Positions 1 to 12,068 of a stretch of 64,000 bases of DNA are shown piece after piece; the first letter of the stretch is position 1; every line of letters starts with the position of its first letter. The notes beneath the pieces were generated by a model. That model did not search any database and was not told where the DNA came from. It was given only the letters and a program-made list of their open reading frames with translations. The DNA lies in the NCBI RefSeq assembly GCF_038025025.1, contig NW_027117340.1:1-64000 (forward strand), in the 5' to 3' direction. Both the position numbers and the translations under genes were made by a program. The stretch comes from Phyllosticta citribraziliensis (Eukaryota).

Positions 1-113
1 CCTAACCCTAACCCTAACCCTAACCCTAACCCTAACCCTAACCCTAACCCTAACCCTAACCCTAACCCTAACCCTAACCCTAACCCTAACCCTAACCCTA
101 ACCCTAACCCTAA
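1..113 (+). repeat. Telomere, (CCCTAA)n
   Basis: CCTAA followed by 18 perfect CCCTAA units from base 1; this is the canonical TTAGGG telomere of filamentous fungi. Confidence 0.99.
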
Positions 114-2300
114 TTTTTATTAATATAGAAGTAGAAATACTAGAGGCTATTTTTAGCTTTTTTTTTTAAAAAAGAATTATTAAACTTATCTTTTAAAAAA
201 ATATATAAATTAGTATTAATAATAAGTAATTCTTCTTTTTCTTTAATATTAAGAAATAGAAGAAGATAATTAGTTATTTTACTATTTATTTTAAATATAA
301 TATATATTATAATTACTATTTTAGTATTTATAGAGTTATTTAAAATAAATTAATTATAGTTAATTTAAATTTTATTTTTAACTTAATAGAGCTAGATCTA
401 GTACTTAAGTACTTTTTTATTTATAAAAAGAAATAGATCTAGAATCTTAATATAGTACTTTTAAATAGGCTAGCTAGTAGTAATATAAATTAAATTATAG
501 GAGAATATAGTTTTTTTTTAAAATAAATATTTCTAGTTAGTCTATTTTTTAGTAATTTTATCTATTATATAGACTAGTAGAATTATTAAAATCTTATTCT
601 TATAGTAGTTTATAAACTATTTATAGTAGAAGATTACTTTTTTTATAGTAGCTACTTAGTACTTTTTATTAAAAAGTAATTTTATAACTTCTACTTTATA
701 AGTCTTATTATATTAACTCTTACTAGCCTTATTAGATCTTAAGAGTTTATTAAAAAGTTTAAAAATAATCTTTATATAAAGCCTCTATTCTATTACTACT
801 TTAAGTAGCTTTAAATTAAATAAACTAACTTTATAAATTTATAAAAAAATAGAGTTCTCTTTTAGTTTTAAAAGAAAATTATTAAGATTTTCTTTTATTT
901 ATATAAAAAAAATTAAAAGAGCTATAAAAGTTAATCTTATTATTTTATTTTTTTAGCTAGATTTTAAATTAGCTATAATTAACTAGTTTTTAATTTAGTT
1001 TAATTTATATAATATAATCTTATTACTTATAAGAGTTTTAAAATAAGAGACTATTTATATTTTCTTTATATATTAATCTTTACTTTTTATATAAAGTAGT
1101 TTTAGCTATATATCTAGAGGTCCTTTAGACTTATAGAGGTATCTACTAGTACTTATATTATAAGACTTAAAGTAGAGCTTAGCTAACTAGTATAGATATT
1201 ATTTTTAAAATATATATCTAGTATTTTAAATAGGGAATATTTTAGATCTTTTTAAATATTAAAAGAATTAATATAAGGAGAGATATAATAATTTAATAAT
1301 TTTTATTTTTTTATTATAAGCTAATAGATTATCTAATTTATAGACTAGTTTTAAATAACTATTTATCTAGTACTAAGATATATAAGTATAGGAGATAATA
1401 AAATATAAGTTAAATTAATAAAGAGTCTATTTAGAAGTATTAATTATAAAAAAATAAAAATAGCTATTTATAGTATTTATATAATAAGATCTTTTTATAT
1501 TCTATTACTTAACTTATTTTAAAAAAATAAGTATTATAAGAAAAGAGATTTTATTTTAATTTTAAATTATATAGTAGTTTATTAATATATTAGTAGTAAT
1601 ATACTTCTTAAAACTAACTCCTTAATTAAGTTTTTATTATAAATATAAAAGATTCTATTCTTATTTTTATTATTATATTAGTAATATATATATAGATATT
1701 AAAATTAAGTTATTTAAATAGCTATAGCTCTTAAAAAGTTAGGTAACTTTAATATATATAGCTTATAGTTATAGCTAGTAGTTATAGTATAGATATATCT
1801 AGTACTTAATACTAAGTAGTATTTAATATAATTATAGATTTTTAGCTAATTTATAATATATAATAACTACTCTTACTTTTTATCTATTAATTATTAGTAG
1901 TCTATATTAATTTACTCTACTAGATACTATAATAATTATTATAGAGCTATTTTAATAACTCTATTAAGTAGCTATTACTAGAGTAATATCTTAATAGATA
2001 ATAGTAGATTATTTATTTATATATAATATAAATAAGAAACTAAGCTTTTAATAACTATTTATTATATAAAAAATAGATAAAGAATAAGTTAGATTTTCTA
2101 GCTAGATAGTATATAAAGTATATAATATATATAAGTAAAATCTTACTTAGGTTATATAATATTACTACCTTAGGTATATATATATAGTACTAGAGTCTTA
2201 TAGATAGGTATAAATACCTTAATAAGATAATACTATAAATTATCTACTTAATTCTATAATATATTTATACGCTATAATAAAGGACTCTAGGGCGTATTTA
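114..2300. repeat. AT-rich subtelomeric block, probably a RIP-degenerated repeat or transposon relic
   Basis: Very AT-rich and TpA-saturated, with no ORF >=60 aa in the track. On reading I found almost no CpA/TpG or CpG. It grades into GC-balanced DNA at ~2300-2450. The original element is not identifiable. Confidence 0.85.
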
Positions 2301-2490
2301 ATTACTATAATAAGATAAAAGTATAAAAGAATACATGTACAATTTACTATGCCTAATAGGTAGACTACCTGCAAAACCACCTATAAACGCCTTGCCAACC
2401 CAGGACCCCATCCATGCCGAAAAGTCTAAGTATCTAAGTGAGCGACCAGACACCAACAAACGCCCGTTATTCGTAAAAACGGCTTCATAG

Positions 2491-5400
2491 CTACCTTCCA
2501 GCCAACAAGCCTCTGCCACCGACCTTTTTCCTGCCGCGCATGCCTTCGAGGGTGCGCACGAGCGACTCGTGTACCTTCCGGTTGACGGCCCAAGCATCTG
2601 CCATCTTCTTCATGCGGAGCGTGGCGATGATGCCAAAGGCGACGCAGCGCAGCGAGGGACGCTTGTCTTTCTTGTAAAACGACGCGTTGGGATCCGGCGT
2701 GATCCCCATCTCGGAAAGGAGAGAGAGGTGTGATGTGTTGCTGTTGCGTGTTAGCGGGAGCTTGTGACAAGATCAAGTGGGCAACATACCATTCGCCCCA
2801 GAGCTCAATCTGCATCATCAAGAAGCGCTTCTCGTATGACAGCTGCCCGCGCAGGCCCTCCTCGCGTCCACACCGGGCCCGGAGATATTGAATCTGCCTG
2901 GCGAGACCCTTGAGCTCACCCGTGTGCCTCCGCTCTCTTTCGGCCGCCATTGCCTTGAGCTCCAGCAGCTCCGTTTCGCTCCGCCCCTCGCGCGTCTGCT
3001 GTGCGGCCAGTTCACGGATGCGGCGCTCCTTTTCGCGCAGCACCTGGCGCGACTCCTTGGTCAGCGAGTCGAGCTGCTCGTCGCGCTCTTGCAGCGCAAG
3101 TTGAAGCTCTTCCGTCTCGAGCGTGGCCGCCCGCAGCATGTCGTGCAGCTCCTTGAGGTCCGCGGCGTGCTTCTTTGCGTTGCCAGTGCCAGCCTTTTGC
3201 GCGGCCAGGCGTTGGGTGTATGCTTCAATGTCGTCGTCACGCTCGTCTAGCTTGAAGCGCAGCTCGTCAGTCTCGGCCTGGCTTGCCCGGAGCTTCTTGT
3301 CCTTTTCGCGGATTTCGGAACGCAGGCGCATCTCTTGCTCGCGCATCCGCGTCTCCAAGTCCTGCAATTCGGAGCGCAAGTTTTCAGCCTCGGACTGTGC
3401 GGCCTGTATGTCACGCTCCGATGTGCGTCCCGAATTGGCGCGCAGGTCGTTGAGATCTTCCGTCAACTTGCGGACGCGGAGGCGGAGGCTTTCGCGGTCG
3501 GCGTCGCTGATGTGAAGGTCTTGCCGGAGGGACTCCACCGAGGATTGCAGGGCACTCTTTTCGCGTTCGACGGTGCGAAGTTGAGACTGCACTTCCGAAG
3601 AGTTGGCCTTTGACAGCTGCACAACCCTGGCCTCGAGATTCTGCCTCTCCAATTCACCCTCTTCCTGCGCATTGATCATGACCTCAATCTCATCTTCGAG
3701 CTCCTGCTTGGTGTGGGCGAGCTCGTCTTTGAGCGATTGAATGGCACTGAGGCGCTCATCGGCCGTCTTCTTGAGAGCCTCGAGGTCCCTCTCGCGGGCG
3801 TTCAATGTCGCTCGGAGGGTGTCAAGCTCATGTTCGCGGTCGCGAGCGAGGTTGTTGACGAGCTCGAATTGAGTGCCGGGCTCCTCCATGCTCTGGCGGA
3901 GGGCTTCCATCTCATCGCTGCGCTCCCTGATGGTCTTGCGGGCAGTCTCGAGCTCCCTATTCCGGTCGTTCAGCTCAGCCACCTTGTCGTTGAGCATCTT
4001 CTTGACAGATTCGAGCGCCTCTGTGCGGTCATCGAGCAAGTTTTTGGCCTTATTCAGCTCGCGCGTCCGCTCCCCGAGCGTCATTTCGCGTTGATCCACG
4101 TCGTCCCGGCTGCGCTCGAGGTCTTTGCGAGTGAGTTCCAACGCCTTGCGGATTCCCTCGACGTCGTTGTTGCGGTAATCGTTGAGTTGCTGGAGCGAGG
4201 CAGATTGCGACTCGACCCTGTACTTCAAATCTGCAATCTCGCGGTCCTTTTCGGCGAGGACCGCGCGAAGAGAACCAAGTTCTCTGTTGGTACTGTCAAA
4301 GTCGCCGACGCGGCGTTTCAAAGGGCTCATGTCTTGAAGTTGGTCGCGTAGTCTTTGCAGCTCTTGCTCGTACTGTCTCTTCATTGGGCTCTGTGACCTG
4401 AGCTGGTCGCGCAGCAGCTCGAGCTCCTGATCTTGTCGCCTCTTCAAGGGGCTGTTGGACCGGAGTTGATTGCGCAAGAGTTGGATTTCTTGTTCCTGCG
4501 CTTCCTCGGTGGCATCCCTCTGGCGGGCATCTTCATCGTACTGTCGCAATTGGCGTTGGCATTCCTCGAGCTCGTCTTGGAGAGATTCGGCGGCGTCCAG
4601 ACGGGCTTTCAACACGGAAATCTCGTCGTCTTTGGCGCGCGTTACTTGCTGCAATTTGTCCCGGGCGTCGTTGGCAGCCTGTTGGGCGAGCTGGGCCTGG
4701 TTCCCGCCGGATGACTCGGCAATCTTGATGCGGTCGAGCAGGTTTTCGATCTCGCCCTGTTTCTCCCTGTCCGTCGTCTCCAACTGCCTTTCCAGAGCTT
4801 TGATGCGCAGGTCTTTCTCACGCTCGTTTGCGCGGAGTTGGTCCTCCAATGCCTTCATCTCGTCCCGCTTTTGCCGCTCCCAAACCTCGAGCTGCCTTTC
4901 CAGAGACTTGAGCTGGGCCTCCTTTTCCTCTTCTGCCGCTTCCAGCTTTTCTCGGAGCTCCTCAATTTCATCCTCCTTGCCGTCACGCTCTCGTTCAACC
5001 TTTTGCAGCTGCGCCCTGAGCTCTTCGTCGTCCACCAGTGACTCAAGTCTCTCGCGCAACTCCACGAGCTGCTCGTCCTTGGTGTCGATTTCCTGTTCCT
5101 TTTGCCGTAGCTCCATTTCCAAGTCTCCAATGTCGTTCTGAAGCCTGTCCACCTCTTCATCATCCTTACTGACCGAGTCGAGCTGTTTCTGGAGATGTTG
5201 AACCTCTTCCGCGCGCTCCTCGGCAATCTTCTCCAGCCGCTCAATCTCTTCGCGCGACGTCGCGTCCGTGTGCCTGCGCTTCACCTTGTCGGCATAATCC
5301 CGCAGCTGATCTTTGTACCCCACGAGCTCCTTCTCGGCCGTCTGCAAAGTCTTCTTGAGATTCTTGATTTCCACCACGAGCTGCGTCTTGTCCACCTTGA

Positions 5401-6112
5401 GTTCCGTGTTCTCGCGCAGGACCGCTTGTTGGTAGTCGGTGCCGACCTTTTGGAAATTTTCCTCGAGGAAATGGATCTTGAGCTTGAGGCCGAAGTTGTC
5501 CTTGTCGATCTGGGCCAGTTTCTGCGACCGTCAGCATCTGCAAGTCCGCGAAGATGTACGACTTACAGCCTCTTGCTCCCTCAGCGTGAGCATGTTCCCT
5601 CTATCCAGCATCGCGTTTCCATCCTTGTTTACCGCCAGTGGTGTGCTCATGAAGCTGCTGCTGGCCGGCGGCGGCGGGCCTGGCGTGCCGTTGATTTCCG
5701 TCACGTCGCTCGTTGAATTGTCGTAGACGCTGGCTTCGGGCAGCGCGGGGCTGTTGTCAAACTTGTACCCAGGCTTCAAAACGGCTGGCGTCTCGATGGC
5801 CTTCTTGAAAGCAGGACCGTTGTCCTCCATGTCGTAGATTGACGACGTTATGCGGTTCTTCATGGCACTCTTCAGCAGCGGCGTAAACTCCTGCTTTCCC
5901 GGCGGATTCCGTTTCGACAACAGCTGGTTGCGCGCCTTGGGGGTGGTGAGGCCTCGAGGTGTTCGCGAGCCGCGCATTCGCCGCACAAGGTCATCGCCGT
6001 CGCGACTCGGGGATTGAAACGAAGGCTCCATGGACATGTCGAGGTCGGCGTGCGTCAGGCGCGTCACGTCGGCGTATTCGGTTTGCGGACTATCGGGATA
6101 TAGATGCGCCAT
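2491..6112 (-). CDS. pcp1: Spindle pole body pericentrin-like protein (Pcp1/Spc110 family; CM1/Cnn_1N + coiled coil + PACT domain)
   Basis: Three exons with GT-AG introns at 5522-5566 and 2741-2789. Splicing gives the CM1 motif LTLREQEAKLAQIDKDNFGLKLKIHFLEE, a long coiled coil, and a PACT-like C-terminus (REEGLRGQLSYEKRFLMMQI...SLRCVAFGIIATLRMKKMADAW). Confidence 0.88.
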
Positions 6113-6296
6113 GGTGCGCACAGTCGAAAGGATGCTATGTCGTGGACATTCGCGGGCGTTGGTGGTTGCTGGGTTGTGGTGTTGGGAGCTCCGGATTGTT
6201 TATGTTTGGGTTCCTGCCGTTTTAGGTTTAGTCAATCGCCGGGCTGCCGAACCCAGCACGTGCATGCGGCGACCACCATCCAACTTTCATCTCAAC

Positions 6297-8189
6297 ATGG
6301 CAGAGGACAAGAGCAAGGACGATTTGAAGTGGTTTGGAGAGGGATTCGACGGCTTTCCCAAGAGACTGCCCGACGACACGGTGGAATACGTCGTCTTCAT
6401 CATTGACCCAAAAGTCTCAACCGACAACCAAATCCGCGAGAGACTTCGAGACATCGAGAATGCGGCCGATTCTCTCTGCAAAAAACTTCTCAGGGACTAC
6501 ATCTGGCAGCGCGAATCCTTTGGCCTTCAGCTGCGACGAGAAGACAGCAGCTGGCTGCTCCGTGGTACGACCAACTACGGAGACTCTGTCGCCGACGAGT
6601 GGTTGATCGTGTACCTTCTCCGAGAACTGAGCAAACAATTTCCTGACGCATGGATTCGCGTGTATGACACGGATGGAGAGTTCTTGCTCATCGAGGCTGC
6701 AAATGTGCTGCCCAAGTGGTTGAATCCAGAGATTGCTGAAAACCGAGTGTGGATCAACGATTCCAAACTCTGCGTCATTCCCGTGGAAAATTCTGACAAA
6801 CGTCCATTGACCATCCAAGAGGCACAAAAGTTCATTCAAACGACCCCATCCAAGCTGGTACACTCCGCTCTCGTCGAAGAAGAAGCCTTTTACCGTCTTC
6901 GCAATTATCCGGATGACATTTCCTCAACGCTGCACCACTCTCTTGTCACGATTCCTCGCAAACTTGCCTGTATTCTTCGTCGAAACCCAGCCTACATTTC
7001 ACCTGCTGTTGAAGCATTCTACTTGCGCGATCCGATTTCTCTACGTCTCCTGAAAGATGGCTCGGGTCTCAAATTTCCGCCGCAAGACTTGGTCACGGTC
7101 AGGGTGCGATTCACCAAGGTTGGCTTTGCTCAGTTGAAGAGCCAGCAATTCGTCAGTCCACAAGTGTGGGAAGCAGAAATTGCAGATCTGAAGCCTGGAA
7201 AACGACGAGACAGACTGGAAATGGGCATGAAACTGGCCGCCGGATTCGAGATGCTCATGGCCGACCCGCAAAACCAAGACAAGCGCACCGTGCGAGAAAT
7301 TGAGCTTCTACTGGAAGACGTCGAAGCTGGAGAGGAGCACCTTCCAACAGACGACGAAATCGCACAGTGGGATGCACAAGAGGATGACGAGGGCTGGATG
7401 GACATCAACTACGAAGAATTCGAACAAGAGTTGCAAGGGAAAAAGTCAAAAGGATTCGGCGACAAGTCAGCCCAGGCGAATCTGCAAAAGATGGTGCAAC
7501 GTTTCGAGTCGTTTCTCAACGACAAAGAAGCGGGAGCTGAAGGTGCAGAACCGGAAGACATGGACATTGATGATGACGAGGACATCTCCAGCGATGACGA
7601 GGAAGAAGACAAGGCCGCCAGTTTCGACGAGGAAGAATTCTCAAAAATGATGCGCGAGATGATGGGCATGCCCGAAGAAGTGTACAAGGAGGTCATGGAG
7701 ATGCCTCTTGACGAAGTCAAGGCAGCCAAAGAGAATAGAGCCAAGCTGGAGGAAATTTCGGCACGCATCAATCAGCAAGAGGAAGAAAGAAAGCGACCAT
7801 TCTTCGGACCTGAGCGGCCACCTGAGCCAGAAGAGACAGGGAACAAAGACACCATAGAAGATGATGATGCTTGGGGTGAGCAAGAAGCAAAAGAATTCCG
7901 CGAGAATATGGAAGCGATGGAAGCGGAGCTTCGGCAAGCAGGCGCGCTGGACCTGGACTCGAAGGCCAAGGATGCGATCCATGGCAAAGTCAAAGGCAAA
8001 GGCAAGGCCAGAGAAGTGGAAGAGGATGTGGAGGAAATCCCGCGAGAGGACGAGGAGGTGGATATCGACTATAATCTGGCAAAGAACATGCTCGAGGCCT
8101 TCAAAGCGCAAGGCGGAATGGCCGGTCCAGCTGGCAACATGATGAGATCCATGGGATTGAACATGCCACGAGATGAGCCTGATGACTGA
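6297..8189 (+). CDS. Ecdysoneless/SGT1 (Ecd) family protein
   Basis: Intronless ORF with family motifs YIWQRESF, TNYGDSVADEW, DTDGEFLLIEAA..LPKWL, NRVWI and AFYLRDP, an acidic C-terminus and a GMAGPAGN tail. Confidence 0.9.
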   Translation: MAEDKSKDDLKWFGEGFDGFPKRLPDDTVEYVVFIIDPKVSTDNQIRERLRDIENAADSLCKKLLRDYIWQRESFGLQLRREDSSWLLRGTTNYGDSVADEWLIVYLLRELSKQFPDAWIRVYDTDGEFLLIEAANVLPKWLNPEIAENRVWINDSKLCVIPVENSDKRPLTIQEAQKFIQTTPSKLVHSALVEEEAFYRLRNYPDDISSTLHHSLVTIPRKLACILRRNPAYISPAVEAFYLRDPISLRLLKDGSGLKFPPQDLVTVRVRFTKVGFAQLKSQQFVSPQVWEAEIADLKPGKRRDRLEMGMKLAAGFEMLMADPQNQDKRTVREIELLLEDVEAGEEHLPTDDEIAQWDAQEDDEGWMDINYEEFEQELQGKKSKGFGDKSAQANLQKMVQRFESFLNDKEAGAEGAEPEDMDIDDDEDISSDDEEEDKAASFDEEEFSKMMREMMGMPEEVYKEVMEMPLDEVKAAKENRAKLEEISARINQQEEERKRPFFGPERPPEPEETGNKDTIEDDDAWGEQEAKEFRENMEAMEAELRQAGALDLDSKAKDAIHGKVKGKGKAREVEEDVEEIPREDEEVDIDYNLAKNMLEAFKAQGGMAGPAGNMMRSMGLNMPRDEPDD

Positions 8190-8342
8190 GGGGGCATGAT
8201 ATCTACTGTAAAAAATATAGCGAATTTTTGTTCAGTCTCGCAGACCACTTTTGGTTTTGGCGTCGCCGCCTCGGCCGTCTTATCGATAGCCCAACTTTTT
8301 CAAACACCATCGCAGCAGTCGACGCTTTCAAACACTCGCACA

Positions 8343-9651
8343 ATGGCGTCCTACGACAGCGACTCCTCGGGTGATGATGAGAACTACACCGAGACCAACG
8401 TACTGCTAGGCTACGCGTCCAAAGAGCCCACCGACGACGATTGGAGCCAGCTCGGCGGCTACCCGGTACGTCACCTCTCGACTTGCCCTGACTTCTGCTA
8501 ACATTTCACAGACATGGCTCAACGACCAAGCACCGTCCTTCTCCCTCGCAAAGTGCAAAGTCTGCAATGATCCCATGACCCTGCTCCTCCAGCTCAACGG
8601 CGACCTCCCGCAAACCTTCGCCGGTCACTCGCGTCGCCTCTACATCTTCAGCTGCCGCCGCAAAGCATGCCGTCGCAAGCCTGGCTGCGTGCGCGGCTTC
8701 CGTGCCACGCGTGTCAGCGCCTCGGCGATCGAAGCTCAGCGCAAACATGAAGCTGACGAGGCAGCTGCCGCAGCGGAAGCTTTGAAGCACAAGGAAAAGG
8801 AAGAGGAAGACAGACAAAAACAGGGAAACTTGGGGACCGCATTGTTCGGCGGGGGTACGCCTTCGATGAGCGCAAATGCCAATCCATTCGCTGCTCCGTC
8901 TGGGATGTCAGCAAACCCGTTCGCCAGCGCGAGCAGCCTTGCCGCCAGACCGGCGCAAAAGACCAGCACAAACGACACGGACGCAACGCTCTCCCAAACC
9001 TTTGCCGAAAAGGCGCGCCTCTCCAGCCCTCCGCCAACGGACTCGCCCGTGGTGCCTCCAACTGCGGCCGAACCACACGTCGCATGGCCCAGCGACGCGA
9101 AGACTGCGCTCCCTCCTCCCTACCCGTCGTACCACCTGGACGCGGACTACGAGGCCCTCGATCCCACACCTCTGGCCATTCCTGGCAACACGGTTGTCGA
9201 CCCAGACGCGGCGGAACCCACACCCGAAGCCGGTGGCAGCGAGACCAACGTCAAGGAGGCTTTCGAATCGAGTCTGGACAAGGCGTTCCAGCGATTCGCT
9301 GACCGCTTGGCGCAGAACCCTGAGCAAGTGCTGCGGTATGAGTGGGGCGGTGTGCCGTTGCTGTGCACCCGCGATGACGCCGTGGGGAAGCTGTTTGCGG
9401 ATGAAGGTCATGTTGGCCTCCCGCGCTGTGGTAATTGCGGCGCCGAGCGTGTGTTTGAGGTGCAGCTCGTGCCGCAGGCCATCATGGAGCTGGAGGCCGA
9501 GGAGCTGAGTCTTGAGGGCATGGAGTGGGCGACGATAGTCATGGGGACGTGCAAGAAGGACTGTGCGGCGAGAGGCACCAAGGACGGGGAGGTTGGATAC
9601 GTGGATGAGTGGGTGGGAGTACAGTGGGAAGAGCTGGCGGCGAGGAAGTAG
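8343..9651 (+). CDS. TSR4: PDCD2-like / Tsr4 ribosomal protein uS5 chaperone
   Basis: An intron at 8466-8511 joins LGGYP|TWL. Has CxxC...MTLLLQL, RRLYIFSC and a PDCD2_C domain (NPEQVLRY, CGNCGAERVFEVQLVP, MEWATI). Confidence 0.9.
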
Positions 9652-9884
9652 GCACATCACAAAGCAAGACAAGTTTCGGCGCGGGTATTGTTTCTTTGCT
9701 CACTGGCTATCTGGTCTACAGCAAGCTTGAGATGCCGCTTCTCACGGTCGACTGTGCGCCATGGTCTAGCAAGCAGCGGTCCGCCCTTTCAGGCAGAATT
9801 TTCTCCCTTTTTCCAGGGAGCCAAAGTCATGTCTCATAACGCCGTGTCCCAAAAATGCATCAAGGGTAAGGCGGGAGGACGGGT

Positions 9885-10867
9885 TTAAGCGGGCTGCTCG
9901 TAAGCTCTCTTGATCAGACGGGAGAATTCTGTGACGAGTTAGCGAGCATCCCACAAATATGGCAGCATACGTACGGTCAAACTTGACGTTCTCCCTGACA
10001 ACTGTGCCCTTGGCCTCGTTCTCCTTGTTCAAAGGCACCTTGACGGTGGCGCCGTCGACGGCCCAGCCGCAGACCTCGCCGACAAAGTGGTCAAACTCGC
10101 CAGCGCGCTTGTTGAGCCATGCCTCGAGGATGGGGCGCTCAATCTCGCGGACGGCCTGGCTCACACTGACGGCGATGCGCACGCACATGAGGTCCTCGAA
10201 GCCGCTGACGTCGGCAATCAGGTCGGCGTACAGGTCATCACTGTCGAGCGTTGTCCAGAAGCCGGCGTAGTCGGCGCTGCTGAGCAGGTTGCTGAGCACG
10301 TTGAGCTTCTGCACCGCCTCGCTGAGCGCAGGGTCGCCGGCCGCCGGGTTCGCCGCCGACGTGCTGGTGGGCGTCAGGATGTGCGGGGGCAGGAGCGACA
10401 GGCAGAGGCTGAAGTCGGGCGAGGGGAAGACGGTCAGGGCCTTGACGAGGATGTTGGTAATGGTCTCATCGCGTGCGAGGTGGGGGTTGAACTGGTAGCT
10501 GGGCGAGGTGGTCAGCCAGGATCTCTTTGTCGTCTTCGAGCAGATTGTGAAGGGAGGAGATTTCAGATAGAGCTAATAATGAAGCTTCAGCGGGCTGGAG
10601 GGTTCATTCTCCGGTGCCCTCGGGTAATAGGAAACGTTGTGGTAACATGATCATCATGATGAAGATGGAGGTGGACGAGGAGGGGAGGACGACGTACAGC
10701 TTCAAGAGGGCCAGGTTGGCGTAGCAGTCGTACGTTTGGCTTTCGCACTGCTGCATGACATAGTCCTGGAAGACGGTCGTCGTCTCGGGATTGTAGCGGT
10801 CGAGGCCATTGAGAATCTGATCAATGTGCTCCGGTCTGTCCGGTGCGTAGTCGAAGGGGACACCCAT
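9885..10867 (-). CDS. eIF3k: Eukaryotic translation initiation factor 3 subunit K
   Basis: LDRYNPE...[14 protein letters not shown] spans an intron at 10499-10697. A second short intron lies at ~9930-9975. C-terminus is ENVKFD...[13 protein letters not shown]. Confidence 0.93.
10558..10662 (-). ncRNA. Candidate intronic box C/D snoRNA, U44/SNORD44-like guide for 18S rRNA
   Basis: On the minus strand inside eIF3k intron 1: C box ATGATGA (10651-10657), internal CTGA (10587-10590) and D box CTGA (10563-10566). The D box is preceded, after a 1-nt spacer, by TATTAGCTCTA, complementary to the conserved 18S sequence UAGAGCUAAUA. Confidence 0.75.
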
Positions 10868-11015
10868 GGTTGTGGTTGGCGAGAGGATTTTGTGAAGAGG
10901 CCGAGTTGGAGTGCGGCGACAAGACTGGTCCGTGCGGTCGTCTTGGCATTCCTTCAGGTTGGATTCCATTCAGAGTTGAATTGTTTGTATTGTACAGTAC
11001 AGAGAGCTAACGTTT

Positions 11016-12068
11016 CTAGCGCCTCATCGCCTTTTGGACCTCGGTCAATTGATCCAGTTCTTCCTTCATCTCGGGCATCGCCTCGCGCATCATCTGGTCG
11101 CGCTTCTTTGCGTCTGCCGAAAGCCATCTATTCAGGTCGTGCCTGAGTTCCTCCTCCGACCTGTCCAACACATTGATGCCTCGCTCTGCGCATGCAACCC
11201 GCAATTCCCGACTGTTGAGTGCTTGAGTTCCACCGTCACGCACAAGAAGTTCGCTGTCCCGGATCAGGTAAGAGTAGTGTTTGGTGACTCGTCTGTGTTC
11301 CCTCTTGGAAAACATCCACACCGCAATGGCTTGTGAAAGAGGCCCCCACTGCGTGCTCTTTTCGCGAATCTTGAACATGGGCTTGGTGTAGAGGTCGTAC
11401 ATGCAGGCCATTTGAAACGAAAGCGCGTTGGCAGTACGGGTCAGGATGACGGCGCCATCCTCCCCAGCGCCGACGAGATTTCGCCCTCTTTCCAACAGCT
11501 CCGATGGTCTTCGTCGCGCCAGAGGCTTTAGACTCGGTGGCAACGAATCGACGACTGCCTGCCATCGCTGTTCGGCAATTTGTCTCTGCGTTTCTGCACG
11601 GCGCAACAGTCCTTCTTCTATCTGCGGAGGCCGGCAAGTCTTGGGCATGACTCCAGCCATGAATGGCGCAACCAACAGTGTGAATTCCCCACAAACTATG
11701 AAAACGACGGCGAATATGGGAAGTCGGGTCATGTCGTGCCTGGATCGGGCAATGAGCTGAAAGTCGGCTCGCGTCAAGTCGTCCTCTTTGGTCTTGCGGA
11801 GCTCGCGGGCGACTTTGGAATTGGCCCAGACATTCTTGACGCCCGTCTTGAAGAAGGACAGGTATGCCTTGCCAAACTCGAACCAGTATTTGACTTTCGA
11901 CTCGTTTTCGTCTTTGGCTGGAAGCTTGACGGGGGCGGGCAAGGTCGAGGCCGGGGGATTGACGCGGTCGACGCGTTCGACGCGGTCAGAGAGGCGACGC
12001 GTAGGCTGCAGCCATGGCGAGATGCGACAGATGCGCGCCGGGCGGCCTGTCCGAAGAAGAGTTGACAT
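11016..12068 (-). CDS. LETM1-like mitochondrial membrane protein
   Basis: Arg-rich presequence-like N-terminus, RADFQL..R..HDMTRLPIF plus a TM segment, and a LETM1 ribosome-binding-domain-like ALNSRELRVACAERGI...LNRWL. Confidence 0.75.
   Translation of the reverse strand: MSTLLRTGRPARICRISPWLQPTRRLSDRVERVDRVNPPASTLPAPVKLPAKDENESKVKYWFEFGKAYLSFFKTGVKNVWANSKVARELRKTKEDDLTRADFQLIARSRHDMTRLPIFAVVFIVCGEFTLLVAPFMAGVMPKTCRPPQIEEGLLRRAETQRQIAEQRWQAVVDSLPPSLKPLARRRPSELLERGRNLVGAGEDGAVILTRTANALSFQMACMYDLYTKPMFKIREKSTQWGPLSQAIAVWMFSKREHRRVTKHYSYLIRDSELLVRDGGTQALNSRELRVACAERGINVLDRSEEELRHDLNRWLSADAKKRDQMMREAMPEMKEELDQLTEVQKAMRR

Noticed and set aside
114..2300. Telomere-linked RecQ helicase or a specific transposon family
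   Set aside because: The sequence is too mutated to assign; no motifs, LTRs or TIRs are recognisable by eye.
2426..2790. Unspliced C-terminus of the 989-aa ORF
   Set aside because: This is read-through of the 2741-2789 intron; the spliced frame gives the proper PACT-type end.
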